A program made the position numbers and the translations under genes. Below, piece by piece: positions 28,501 through 37,045 of a stretch of 64,000 bases of DNA (its first letter is position 1; the number at the start of each line of letters is the position of its first letter). The notes under the pieces are model-generated. The model saw nothing but the letters and a program-made list of their open reading frames with translations, ran no database searches and had not been told where the DNA came from. The stretch spans positions 84,863 to 148,862 of the forward strand of contig JBAYUF010000001.1 of assembly GCA_041675205.1 (NCBI GenBank), given 5' to 3'. Source of the stretch: Patescibacteria group bacterium. Lineage in GTDB: Bacteria; Patescibacteriota; Patescibacteriia; GWA2-46-9.

Positions 28501-31036
28501 GGATCCGTTGAAGAAAAAAGTGATTCAGGGGTATTTAGCGCCAGGGATGATGAGCCAAATTGGTCAGTTAGCCGGGAATTTTAATGGTACCTTTGAGAGC
28601 GCTAGCATTGTTGGTGAACCGTTCGGGTGGGTTGGATGGGGGCAAGGCCAGAATATGCTGGTGATTGGTGACCCACTGGCTGCTCAGGATGCAGGCATTA
28701 GTTATCCTGCAGAAGGGAAGAATGTACTTGAGGTAAACGCCAATCATGCTGATCCAGACGCCAATCATGCTGATCCAGACGACGATTACGTGCTTAATGA
28801 TGCTTCAACAAATCTTTCTCGCTTTATTCCCGTTACACCAAACACCGAGTACGTGCTATCTGCTTTGGTGAACACAAGGCAATTCACTGGTGAAAGTAGC
28901 GAAGTTCGTGTCTTTGAATACAACGGCATTGCTGAAACTATTCCCAATGCCACGGGTGATAAGTTTTCTGCTCTACTTAACCTTGGTCGTGGGACTGAGT
29001 GGACTATTCGCACTGATAAATTTACAACAGCTAGCACTACGAGTTACGTGCGACTGCAACTTTCATGGGTGCCGCAGGCCGGTAAACCAGAGACTTCCGG
29101 GTTCTGGTATATTGATGATATTAAATTACAACCAGCACTTGAATATCAGAAAAATGAGTTTTATAACCCTAACGACCTGGCGGGTAGTAGGGTTGCTCCT
29201 GACTTTCCACCACTTGCCTATGAGCGAGGTTTAGAAACGCTTGATTATAAGTACGCTTCACAGTCATGCCGGCTTTACCCGCAGGCTGATGCCCTGTCGT
29301 GCTCCTACTTTGACGACAATGGATTAAAGCAGCGCGGTAAACTGGGTTATTGTTTGGAGTGGGACACGCAAAATAAGAATTACTGCATCCAGTGGTGGCC
29401 GGTGGACAATGTTATTGGTGAAGACAGTGAAGAAGATCGAGCCGGTTACGACGGCCCCGTTCCTTTGTACCAGTGCATTGAAACCTACGACGGCTTCTTA
29501 CCAGCCACCAGCAATAATTTTTACGGTGTCTATTACAATGGCAAACATTCCTCAATTAAAATAGAGGATCCGTGGGAAAGCTATCAGATAGAAGCAGATA
29601 GTACCGTTGTCATCGACCTCTTCAAGAGTGGCTTTGATGGTTTGCCAAATGTGTCATCCGGTGGCATTACTGATAAGCCTGGTACCTGCAACAGAGATGG
29701 CGGTGACATCACTGGGTGTGAAATCGCGATTCGTATATTGAAGGCTAGTGATGACGAGGATGAATGTGCCGAGGTGTATGTTGGTAACAAAATGGGACAG
29801 GTCGTTAATGGTGACGACAGTGAAGACGGGGATGTAAAAGTGAGAGCGGCAGAAGTGACAAGAGTTACAACCCGCAAGTCAGCCGCCTTTCTTGATTTAG
29901 CTGATCTTGGCCCTGAAAATAGTAAACGCAACTATCGGTATCTTAAAATTTCAACTATTGATACTGGTTGCGATCAATCAGAGATTCGGCTTTGGGTCCG
30001 TCCTAACTTTGCCTGCACGGCAGTGCTTCGAACAGTGGACGAGGATGGTACTAATAAGGCCTACGCCAGTCGGGTAACGTCTGGAGCTACCTACCCATTT
30101 AGTTTTCCAGGCGGTCTAACCTACGGGTATTCAACTGATAGCCCACCATTTGGTTCGGCGGTGCCGCCAGCCCCGGCGGGAGATCCCACGCAATGGGATA
30201 CCAATACTGAAGCTGGAAAACAGGCACTGTTCGCTATGCCGAAGCAGGTGAATACTAGCAACAAAGAGCTCGCCCGAGCTGGTGGCCCGTATAGCTGTCT
30301 TTCGATTGGTTCAGTGCAACCTTTCGTTGCCGAAGGTGAGCCATGGACCTGGGGAGGGACGGTTAGCATTAGGCAGCCAGCATGTGCTTCTTATCTTGGT
30401 GTACCTGGAGTAGTCGGGGGTCGTAATGAGGCGGTTAAACTGCTACAAAATTTATTTGTTAAGAGCTACGGGATGTGGGAGTGGAAGAATGAAGCATACA
30501 CTCCAGCAACTGGTGCTATTTTAACAGTACCGGATGAGCGGTGTAAGAATAATGTTCGACCCGAACCGGATGATCCTGATGCTGCCGATGCTTGCTTTGT
30601 GTATCCAGGTATTCCAAAGGCTGTGTTAGACACAACAACCGTTAAGGATGTCGGTGTTGTTGGTATTAGATTCACCGCCGTAGCTGACTCCGACCAGGAG
30701 CCTATTGTGCAGTACATAGTAGACTGGAGGGACGGCTCTAAGACTACGCAAACAGGCTTACGACTTTCCAGCCGTTCAGAAATTGCGCAGGCGATTTCGC
30801 TCACTCACAATTACTCTTTTGATCAAATCAGTCAGTGCAAAGAAAATGGTGATTGTGGGGATGTTGGCGGTACCGGTACCGATAGCAATCCGTTCACTGT
30901 CAAGCCACAGGTGCAAATTCTAGATAACTGGGGATTCTGTAGCGGTAGTACCCTTGGTTCGGGAGACAGCCTGAGCACGGGTGGCTGTACAGGCTCATGG
31001 AAAGAGACGGAAAACGAGGTAGAGATTACCAGATAG
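22571..31036 (+). CDS. Giant (2821 aa) secreted Cys-rich surface protein with several CBM4/9-like beta-sandwich modules and a PKD-like C-terminus
   Basis: Signal peptide ending ANA-Q; NLVRNPGFE, NILYNGEF, FNGTFES...IDDIKL module signatures; many GCxxY/F Cys motifs; YIVDWRDGS..THNY. Confidence 0.75.
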   Translation: MQLGLHNRQKRHRFVGALLALVFLFTGTFGAPQRANAQAIKAFTTSVSDIWTSLQTIGDKAVAAYEKAADIKTEALKESAAVSFRQGVSYFLNKIASDTAVWIASGGKGQKPLFITQGWGSYLTDAAEGAAGAFVDGLITGPVASCQCRDQYGSIEPNTATEEVQCLTTTTINGIPVECQWTPGTKSDSTNTLGLIAQGLCAPDADIQLSINLGLANSGRQRAPKCTFSRIKHNWEQLIREKNFLPTLSQSFNPSQSDLGIALTLQSNLLLEKREAKERAEKERLEAGGYKPVTGGVGDVLKLPGQTVRGIFDGVFKTTTEQNQSPTGTIIGDAVDIFVNTLATNFLKNLISGGFSGNTSSSGGNKPNLSNFEAESATEGVLGAQARLAQELRPRFTVPGRYDVLSQLVSCQNTKNPGPNDCVITDSFRNAVSQRLTVREAVDRGLINADAPFGFVAWDPQSVEPSYNEGIPYRSILILRKYRIVPVGWELAARYIERFQDDSPKRVTLGELLNLYDQPELPGGALNPYYHLVDPSWVLVPPDSFCKLQGSGPQILSQDVLPGVDSDNDGKFTSVGDTAPKVAISRNANYCADEQTCIARDNDGNCKFYGYCTEEKQVWDFGGKSCSPQFSSCTTLKNELSGTTVSYLLNTVDFSPCDASSVGCAMYSATPLSDTVWSTSDVIFLNNQAETCSKDDAGCRKFIRTGAQFLNGLSTNLVRNPGFEVVAEDNSFTGWTANGGAVESVTEAQFSGSRSLKATTLSVLSQSVLTGPLANQTVTLSFEARGAIAGQVLGYTLAAGDAIQTAATLTTEWQHYEVRKTYGATAASSLTLELSVLTGVAIDNVKIQLGAASAYSAYGEGASNSSVYLKRAPAYLSAKTDIDFLASNEQSCRPSAVASDAVDENSERAECQPYARYCTPQEAGCLRYTPTNRTTPVTAVSGSSCPGECVGFDTYTQGKTFFESVKFVDLIPTSGERCSAAAVGCDEFTNLDTTTQGGESREFYQQVRFCELPGRADAGTFYTWEGSDDTGFQLRVFTLKKTDVGVENYFVNDVGDTGVDSAAPCTKIDWSDDGQSATCADTTQTADPAWRTCNENTYQGNPDCRQFYNEAGLVSYRLLSHTISVTDQCRPLRKTTSNTIDCEASNGWWNSALQACLYQAVPGEGRQCNAAVAGCREYRGGTAARYRTILNDTFERGTGNWEGGRLSPVASTVGGHSYEILDRTTRKPVTVSDGSSTAVDGSVTNGATYVVSFSARAQNGDTDSAFVLSFERKSGEVDLLITDSLTNEWQTYQSDPVTISVDPTDPLVGLLITHAGAGRAYVDNVTLRTTSDTHYLIKNSWQTPSACFAPDTGEPYLGCQSYRVSDGSERSVWEFGGACHDKVVGCEAVIDTQNTTIGEVAPFAKTFAEDSETIITVPEDSLDYIVNDPAKTCKVSAQGCELLGKANLSTASASPTLPLALAVLRCHTQRNSCVSDLRIRLVAAGYDKDLLTTPGIDENLVAKFDSNVLGAKDALLILRNSVGLGDPNISTWTTGAVLNNPDTYDSILCRIDELQCSAFTDSGGSTYYFKDPGSQICEYRTDKPIAGWYVKGTISLTPDCNASQNDPDVNIHIAGGTAPSPQSGFTGVCPAQQNSCREFIDPRSDGSANILYNGEFILKTDDKPVRWKETVPGDIADVEGGVKIMEGGLEQERVALRTRTLYVLSAEVKAVNAAATKTAGYVGIDCGVGEVFTASDIPYAFAVPRSTETFERFSTQFYVSGDDQGDCTVSVGLAASLLPRDKSEFTTNSGVIVRAISLREAGLHYELANGVSQKDCAGTVNNANCVLVGVQQDFTQKGITANFDADTSPTSTKVPNSDSRGEYVCITAESRCVGTDRACTNDSDCQLQKDATFIASVQPGRECGAWLSCRTARTVVKGGVTNNVCLEVEGCQELDDKGNCIRRAPDVIDTDLTYTAATVDLLRNRSGYSKVGFDWTTDPLKKKVIQGYLAPGMMSQIGQLAGNFNGTFESASIVGEPFGWVGWGQGQNMLVIGDPLAAQDAGISYPAEGKNVLEVNANHADPDANHADPDDDYVLNDASTNLSRFIPVTPNTEYVLSALVNTRQFTGESSEVRVFEYNGIAETIPNATGDKFSALLNLGRGTEWTIRTDKFTTASTTSYVRLQLSWVPQAGKPETSGFWYIDDIKLQPALEYQKNEFYNPNDLAGSRVAPDFPPLAYERGLETLDYKYASQSCRLYPQADALSCSYFDDNGLKQRGKLGYCLEWDTQNKNYCIQWWPVDNVIGEDSEEDRAGYDGPVPLYQCIETYDGFLPATSNNFYGVYYNGKHSSIKIEDPWESYQIEADSTVVIDLFKSGFDGLPNVSSGGITDKPGTCNRDGGDITGCEIAIRILKASDDEDECAEVYVGNKMGQVVNGDDSEDGDVKVRAAEVTRVTTRKSAAFLDLADLGPENSKRNYRYLKISTIDTGCDQSEIRLWVRPNFACTAVLRTVDEDGTNKAYASRVTSGATYPFSFPGGLTYGYSTDSPPFGSAVPPAPAGDPTQWDTNTEAGKQALFAMPKQVNTSNKELARAGGPYSCLSIGSVQPFVAEGEPWTWGGTVSIRQPACASYLGVPGVVGGRNEAVKLLQNLFVKSYGMWEWKNEAYTPATGAILTVPDERCKNNVRPEPDDPDAADACFVYPGIPKAVLDTTTVKDVGVVGIRFTAVADSDQEPIVQYIVDWRDGSKTTQTGLRLSSRSEIAQAISLTHNYSFDQISQCKENGDCGDVGGTGTDSNPFTVKPQVQILDNWGFCSGSTLGSGDSLSTGGCTGSWKETENEVEITR
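28737..28781 (+). repeat. In-frame 21-bp tandem duplication (ANHADPD x2)
   Basis: ACGCCAATCATGCTGATCCAG twice, identical. Confidence 0.9.
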
Positions 31037-31039
31037 GGT

Positions 31040-31369
31040 ATGGCAAATACATTTAGCAGCGTTGACGAACAATTGCTTGCCCAAAATAGTGATGTGGGTG
31101 AACAAGAGCGCGCACAGCAACTGCGTGGGCTGCAGTCTATTGCCCGTCGGCAACTCGCCTCGCGGGCGGTGAAAAAGGGTGCTGGGGCAGCAGCCCGTTC
31201 GGGCGCCATGGGGGCCGCAAAAGCCGCTCGAACAATTTGGATTATTATGGCTGCTCTTGCCACCCCGGAAGTCTTGACGGTCGTTATCGTTTTGATGCTT
31301 CTTGTACTCTTCATGAATTACGCCTTATCGATACCAGTTGTCGGCGACATACTGAAGTGGTTTCTATGA
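31040..31369 (+). CDS. Small membrane protein in the T4SS cluster
   Basis: Ala-rich middle, C-terminal TM; stop overlaps the next start (ATGA). Confidence 0.65.
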   Translation: MANTFSSVDEQLLAQNSDVGEQERAQQLRGLQSIARRQLASRAVKKGAGAAARSGAMGAAKAARTIWIIMAALATPEVLTVVIVLMLLVLFMNYALSIPVVGDILKWFL

Positions 31370-34300
31370 GTTTTCGTGATCTCTTAAAGAAGAAATATAT
31401 ACGTCGTCAGGTATTGATAGCTGCAATGCTCGGTTTCATTGTCATGCTTCCTATCGGTGTTAAGGCAGCAGGGATTGGTGACGGGATTCAGGGGACCATC
31501 TTCGGAGTACTTTCATGGGGCATTTATGGCATTGTGCTCTTTTTATCTCGTTTTACCGTTTGGCTTGTCGGTTTTTTAGTAAGCATCGGACAGTATAACG
31601 GATTTATTAATTCACCAGTTGTGTTGCAGGGTTGGGTGGTATTGCGAGATATATCGAACATGTTCTTTGTACTCATCCTACTTTTGATAGCGTTTGGCAC
31701 CATCCTTCATATTGAGCAATATCAAATGAAACGATTGCTGCCCAAAGTGCTCCTCATGGCAATCTTGGTTAACTTTAGTAAAGCCATCGCCGGGCTGCTG
31801 ATTGATTTCTCACAAGTTATAATGCTCACTTTTGTGGCGGCGTATCAGGCTGCCGGAGCGGGGAATTTAGCGCAGGCAATGCATCTAGATAAAATTTTAG
31901 CAATAAAAAATACAGAGGATGGTGGTTTGTTTGATGAAGCTGCTGCCGAGACGCTCGTGGCATTACTACTTGCACTTGTATACATAGTCGTTGCCTCGGT
32001 TGTTGTTGGGGCTTTTGCGGTGATACTTGTGGTACGAATGGTGATGTTGTGGTTGCTCATCATTTTTTCACCACTCGCCTACGTCCTTTCCGTTGTGCCT
32101 ATTGGGCAAAAGTATGCCAGTCAGTGGTGGGAAAATTTTGCAAAATATGTAATTTTAGGTCCGGTCATGGCATTTTTCTTGTGGCTATCACTCGCCACAC
32201 TGCCGACCCTTATTGCAAGTGACGCCGACCTTGCTGTTCGTACACAATCAAGCGGTAGCGCACAATCACTCGCCGAAGAGAAAGAGCAAGTCAAAACCAT
32301 CGGTATTACAGAGATTGGCTCTGGGTCTGTGATGTCCGGATTTCTCATCAGCATCGTTATGCTCTTTGCGTCGCTCATGTTTGCAATCCAGACTGGTGGC
32401 GTGGTTGGGAAGATTGCTGGTGGTGCCTATGGTCAATTACTGAGTAAAGGCACCACAGTGGCAAAGATACCATTAGGCCTTGCCAGTTGGGGAGAAAGAA
32501 AGGTTGCTCGCATGACGGGTGGTGTAACCGCATTTCTGAACCCAGTCCGGGTTGCTCGGGCTTGGCGTGGTTACGCTGCACACAAAGCGGGTCGTGAGGA
32601 GGCAGAAATTGGCTATCGAGCAGGGAGCGCCGCTAGTGCTCATTTTGCCGCTGGTCGAGGGGTGCGCGGCGCACTGCGATTAATGGCCGGAGCGCATGAA
32701 GATGCTTTTGAAACGTATATGGGAACGCATGGAGTGATGCGTTTTGTCAAAACCATGAGCGGCAACAGTAAAACAGGTACGAATGATTTTCTTGATGCGA
32801 AACGATTACAGCAAGAGGCAGATATTGAGCGGGAAACTTTCAATGCCGCAACTGATAAGGGGCGAGTAGATAAGATTCGGCAAATTGGAAAAGAGCACTA
32901 TGCCGACAAATTTCGTACCAAGATTATGAAGGAGGAAGTTGATCGCGTCAGTGTTATTCGTGGTTTTGGGAAAAGCGACAATAAACTTGACCCCTATAAT
33001 TCACGTAAAGAAATTAACGATGAAGGTAAGCAAGAAGTAGTTACCCTTAAAGACGCAGCAGAAAAAGCAGGCGTTGATTTAACAGACACTAGCAGTAGTA
33101 CAACACAGGCGTTTCTGCGTGAATGGGATGAAGATAATGCCCGTCGTGATTTAGGTAAGCGGCCAGGTGGTTTGGAGGGTCGGGTGAGCGCACTTGTTGC
33201 AAAAAAGGGCGATGCTGATATTTTGGACCAAGGCAAACGTACGCTCGGTGAGAAATTAAAAGCGCAAGAATCCTATGTTACGGAGCTTATGGCGGGTGGG
33301 CTTTCGAGCACAGAAAAAGCAACACGTGAGCAACAAGAAAAGACAGTAGATGAAGAATTACGACGTATTACTGCGGCGCTTAAAACGGCAAGTGGTGTTG
33401 AGAAACAATCACTCAACGCACTAAAGACAGAATTACAGAAAGAAAAAAAGAGTGGTCGATTTGATAAAGACACTGCAGGTAACTACTTACTGACCAAGAA
33501 AGAACGGGATGAAAATAAAGAGAAAATTAAAGACTTCAGTGATCCTCGCCGGGCTGATTACAGCAGTGCGCTTAAAGAGCAGAAAAAGCTTTACGGGATG
33601 ACGTTAGACCCAGCCGACGCCGCAGAAAAGATGGAAATTGACCGTGCGAAAGCGAAGGCAGATGAAATAATGGCTCGTAGAAAGGAGCCAGATGTGGCAC
33701 CTCGCCCGTATTTTGCCGAACAAGCATTCAGGCATTTAGAGTCGGAAGAATCGTCGAAATTACCGCGCGAAGCCATGGAGTACGACGAAATTGATGCATT
33801 ACTGAAAGATGCATTACATGAGGGGAACATCGTGAAAACATCAGCGCTCATGAAGAAAGCGGCGAAAGATGCTAACGACAACGAAATTTGGAATAGTTTC
33901 GGTTATGGTAGTGGGCCCGAAGGTGCTGAGCAATTTAGAAAGGCAAAACTTGTCCCATTAATGGGGGACCAGGCCTCAATGTCACTCATGAGTGAGCTGA
34001 ACTATATTAACGAAGATATTGGTCACACTAACACCACTCGTTCGTATGGGGTGAGGAATGGTTCATACTATAAGAAATCTGCAGCTGAGCAATCGGCATC
34101 CGCGGCGTGGGAAGTAACGAAACGGCAATCACGAAACTTTTTGCAAAATACAAACCGACTTGGTTTTGGGTATGAAGATACTGAAGGCAAGTTTCACCTT
34201 GATTTAACTGGCAAGCTTATCATTTCATCAATGCAAAATGACATGAATTACCGGTTGAATCGAAAAGAGTTTAACAACAACCTATTGTTGAAATTACTAG

Positions 34301-34455
34301 AAGACGTAGATTCGCTCGACGACATGGTACGACGGGGTCTATTGCGGAGAGATTTGGTTGATAATATGAAGTCGCTAGGCCGAGAACATGTGCGGCGCGG
34401 TGTACCGAATAGCCCGGGTGGTTTTGAGTCAATGGCACGGCAGCTTTCCGTTTAG
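31366..34455 (+). CDS. Extended VirB6/TrbL-like polytopic membrane protein with a long charged C-terminal region
   Basis: W..LRDISNMFF, AILVNFSK, R.V.LWLLIIFSPLAY, WW..F motifs; T4SS context; start at the ATGA overlap. Confidence 0.7.
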   Translation: MSFRDLLKKKYIRRQVLIAAMLGFIVMLPIGVKAAGIGDGIQGTIFGVLSWGIYGIVLFLSRFTVWLVGFLVSIGQYNGFINSPVVLQGWVVLRDISNMFFVLILLLIAFGTILHIEQYQMKRLLPKVLLMAILVNFSKAIAGLLIDFSQVIMLTFVAAYQAAGAGNLAQAMHLDKILAIKNTEDGGLFDEAAAETLVALLLALVYIVVASVVVGAFAVILVVRMVMLWLLIIFSPLAYVLSVVPIGQKYASQWWENFAKYVILGPVMAFFLWLSLATLPTLIASDADLAVRTQSSGSAQSLAEEKEQVKTIGITEIGSGSVMSGFLISIVMLFASLMFAIQTGGVVGKIAGGAYGQLLSKGTTVAKIPLGLASWGERKVARMTGGVTAFLNPVRVARAWRGYAAHKAGREEAEIGYRAGSAASAHFAAGRGVRGALRLMAGAHEDAFETYMGTHGVMRFVKTMSGNSKTGTNDFLDAKRLQQEADIERETFNAATDKGRVDKIRQIGKEHYADKFRTKIMKEEVDRVSVIRGFGKSDNKLDPYNSRKEINDEGKQEVVTLKDAAEKAGVDLTDTSSSTTQAFLREWDEDNARRDLGKRPGGLEGRVSALVAKKGDADILDQGKRTLGEKLKAQESYVTELMAGGLSSTEKATREQQEKTVDEELRRITAALKTASGVEKQSLNALKTELQKEKKSGRFDKDTAGNYLLTKKERDENKEKIKDFSDPRRADYSSALKEQKKLYGMTLDPADAAEKMEIDRAKAKADEIMARRKEPDVAPRPYFAEQAFRHLESEESSKLPREAMEYDEIDALLKDALHEGNIVKTSALMKKAAKDANDNEIWNSFGYGSGPEGAEQFRKAKLVPLMGDQASMSLMSELNYINEDIGHTNTTRSYGVRNGSYYKKSAAEQSASAAWEVTKRQSRNFLQNTNRLGFGYEDTEGKFHLDLTGKLIISSMQNDMNYRLNRKEFNNNLLLKLLEDVDSLDDMVRRGLLRRDLVDNMKSLGREHVRRGVPNSPGGFESMARQLSV

Positions 34456-34467
34456 GTAAATTTCACT

Positions 34468-35892
34468 ATGCCAATAACAAAAAAAAATGAAACAATCGAG
34501 GTGGTGGCGAAAGCGCTACCCAATCCAGCATATTTAGAATCGGTTACAAAATATTTCCACGAGCAAGTTTTCGTGGAAGATAATGCTCGAGAGGCCGATA
34601 GGTTTTATCGTGTTTTGGTCGAACTGTTACCGAAAGACTCTTTTAAAGAGCGATACCCAGAGCTCTACACTGGCTATGAAAAGCTGCTGTATGAATGTCA
34701 ATTCTATGCCTTTGCTTGGTTGACTGAAGATGAGGCTCTCAACCTAGTGCGTAATCATTTTTCCCTTGCGTTCCAGCTCTCCGCTATTTTAGAGCTCCGC
34801 CGGAAAATAAGAGTTAAACTTATCGCTGATTATCAGATAGAGGCACGTGATGCTTTCAAGGAAAAGTTACGGCGAGCAGCAGAACAAAATACTGAAGTCA
34901 TTACTGGTAAGCAGCTGCAGCAAGACGGAGCTGCTACAACAGCCCCTCCAACGGTTGGCAATTGGATCAGAAATTATGTGGGTGCTGTTGGTACAGCAGG
35001 GCCGGTGGACGCGCTCCGACAAGCCGAATATTTTACAAAAAATAAGAATTTTGACGCACTGACACAGACGGAGAAAGAGGGCATTCGGTGGTTATTGGAA
35101 ATATACGAGTCACTTCGGTGGTCGTCTTTGACACCGGAAGGTTTAGAGGAAGTACTCTCTACAAATATTGATGGGAAAGAGGTGCTCATTAGTGGAGGGG
35201 AGGTGGAGGAAATTTCTCCTGAAATCCGTAAGCTGGTGCAGAAATTTCAAGAAGTAGGGCTCATTTCTGAGAGTGAAAAACCTTCGCCTGCCGTGCTTGA
35301 AGCTGCTGTGGCGGCATCTACTGTTATTGCAGAAAAACCCGTCGCGATGCCGCCGCTTGTTCTCCCTGTTGCCCCTGCACTTGTGACTGGTGAATTGCCA
35401 CGCATTTCTGCCTTGCCTGCTCCGCCAGTGGTTTTACCATTACCTCCAGTTGCACCAATTATAATTCCAAAGCCACCTGCAGCTGAACCACGGGTTGAAA
35501 AAATTATTAATCCCACTCCGCAAAAGGTGGTGGTCACTAAAACGAGCGAGTCGCCATCAATGGTTGACGTGAAACGGTTTGGCGGTGCTGTTGGGCCAAT
35601 TGATGAGTTACGACTTTCGACACTGAATGATTTTCGTAAACTTGACCCAGATCCAGCTGAGGCGGCGAAGCGAATACTGCAAAAGATTCACCTCCTTGAA
35701 GATGAATCATATGATCGGAAGGCCGACGCCATTCGTGCCTGGCGACAAAGCCCCGTTCATCGATTGTATTTAGACGTCATCGACGAGAGTGTTCGCACAG
35801 GTATGCCAGTAACCGAACTCTTTGAGAAATACAACGTGCGCCAAACGGAATGGGAAGCACTTGGCACGTTATCTCGTGATTTGAGTAGCTAA
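34468..35892 (+). CDS. Hypothetical cytoplasmic two-domain protein with a Pro-rich linker
   Basis: Helical N-domain, Pro/Val/Ala-rich linker, C-domain GPIDEL...AWRQSP..LY. Confidence 0.7.
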   Translation: MPITKKNETIEVVAKALPNPAYLESVTKYFHEQVFVEDNAREADRFYRVLVELLPKDSFKERYPELYTGYEKLLYECQFYAFAWLTEDEALNLVRNHFSLAFQLSAILELRRKIRVKLIADYQIEARDAFKEKLRRAAEQNTEVITGKQLQQDGAATTAPPTVGNWIRNYVGAVGTAGPVDALRQAEYFTKNKNFDALTQTEKEGIRWLLEIYESLRWSSLTPEGLEEVLSTNIDGKEVLISGGEVEEISPEIRKLVQKFQEVGLISESEKPSPAVLEAAVAASTVIAEKPVAMPPLVLPVAPALVTGELPRISALPAPPVVLPLPPVAPIIIPKPPAAEPRVEKIINPTPQKVVVTKTSESPSMVDVKRFGGAVGPIDELRLSTLNDFRKLDPDPAEAAKRILQKIHLLEDESYDRKADAIRAWRQSPVHRLYLDVIDESVRTGMPVTELFEKYNVRQTEWEALGTLSRDLSS

Positions 35893-35894
35893 GT

Positions 35895-36326
35895 ATGCAG
35901 CAGTTTATTATTCCCCAGTTCATTGATGAAGAACCCCATATTCTTGGGCCGATAACTGTTCGACAGTTTTTGCTGCTTCTCATTGCGGGCTTCTTTATTT
36001 TCCTCAGCTATCGACTCGCGGATACTGCCTTATTTATTGTGCTGACCATAGTACTACTCATCATAAGCATAACTTTGGCATTCGTTCGGGTGAACGGTCG
36101 CCCTTTTCATTTCTTTTTGCTAAATTTAGTGCAGACATTGCAACGTCCTCGGTTACGCATTTGGCGCAAAGAAGTGAGCAGAGAAGAAATTCAGGACGAA
36201 TCAAAAATGCCAGTCCTCGTCCCAACTGTCATAGTGGCGAAAGCGCCCATTAGTCGTTCCCGTTTGGCGGAACTCTCACTCATTGTTGATACGGGTGGGG
36301 CATATGCTGGTACTGAAGGTAATTAG
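35895..36326 (+). CDS. PrgI family (VirB3-like) protein
   Basis: QFIIPQFIDEE..ILGPITVRQF, two TMs, NGRPF. Confidence 0.85.
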   Translation: MQQFIIPQFIDEEPHILGPITVRQFLLLLIAGFFIFLSYRLADTALFIVLTIVLLIISITLAFVRVNGRPFHFFLLNLVQTLQRPRLRIWRKEVSREEIQDESKMPVLVPTVIVAKAPISRSRLAELSLIVDTGGAYAGTEGN

Positions 36327-36343
36327 CGTGTAATTGAAAATAA

Positions 36344-37045
36344 GTGGCTAAAAGAAAGGCAAACAAGGCAACACTGAGTACCCAGCGATTTCTAGAAATC
36401 GCTGAAGTGCATGATGATACCGTTGTCCTTAAGGATGGTAGCCTGCGTGCGGTACTACTTGTTTCGTCAATCAATTTTGCCTTGAAGTCAGACGATGAAC
36501 AGGAAGCGATTATTCAGGGATATATGAGCTTCTTGAACTCTATCGATTTTTCGCTTCAAGTGGTTATGCAATCTCGCCAGCTGAATATCGCTGGCTACCT
36601 TGATAAGTTAACAGCCATTGAGCGTGAGCAGACTAACGAGCTCTTAAAGATGCAGACGGGTGAGTACCGTCAATTTATTAGAGAATTGGTTGAATTGGGG
36701 CAGATTATGAATAAGCGGTTCTATGTGGTGGTGCCATATCAACCTGGGAGCGACAGTCAAAAGCCATTTTTTGCACGACTCCGTGAGGTGTTGCGACCAG
36801 CTTCAATCTTGCGTCTCAGTGAGGATCGGTATCTTCGGCATCGACATGAATTAATGCAGCGGGTTGATCATGTGACGAGCGGGCTTAATTCTTTAAGCCT
36901 CGAAGTTCGCATGCTTGATACACAGACGTTAGTTGAACTGTATTATGGAACGTATAATCCTGAGAGTGCGCGGTTAGCGCCACTTGTTGATCTCCATGAT
37001 TTGCAGGTCGATGATACGGCGTTCCGTTCTACACCATCACTATGA
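36344..37045 (+). CDS. T4SS protein resembling a separated VirB4/TraC N-terminal region
   Basis: [28 protein letters not shown]; lies between prgI and the VirB4-like gene; GTG start. Confidence 0.7.
   Translation: MAKRKANKATLSTQRFLEIAEVHDDTVVLKDGSLRAVLLVSSINFALKSDDEQEAIIQGYMSFLNSIDFSLQVVMQSRQLNIAGYLDKLTAIEREQTNELLKMQTGEYRQFIRELVELGQIMNKRFYVVVPYQPGSDSQKPFFARLREVLRPASILRLSEDRYLRHRHELMQRVDHVTSGLNSLSLEVRMLDTQTLVELYYGTYNPESARLAPLVDLHDLQVDDTAFRSTPSL

Noticed and set aside
31237-31365. Upstream extensions of ORF-track starts (31237, 54977, 13216, 17787, 62481)
   Set aside because: They overlap neighbours or add non-homologous sequence; downstream ATGs fit gene packing better
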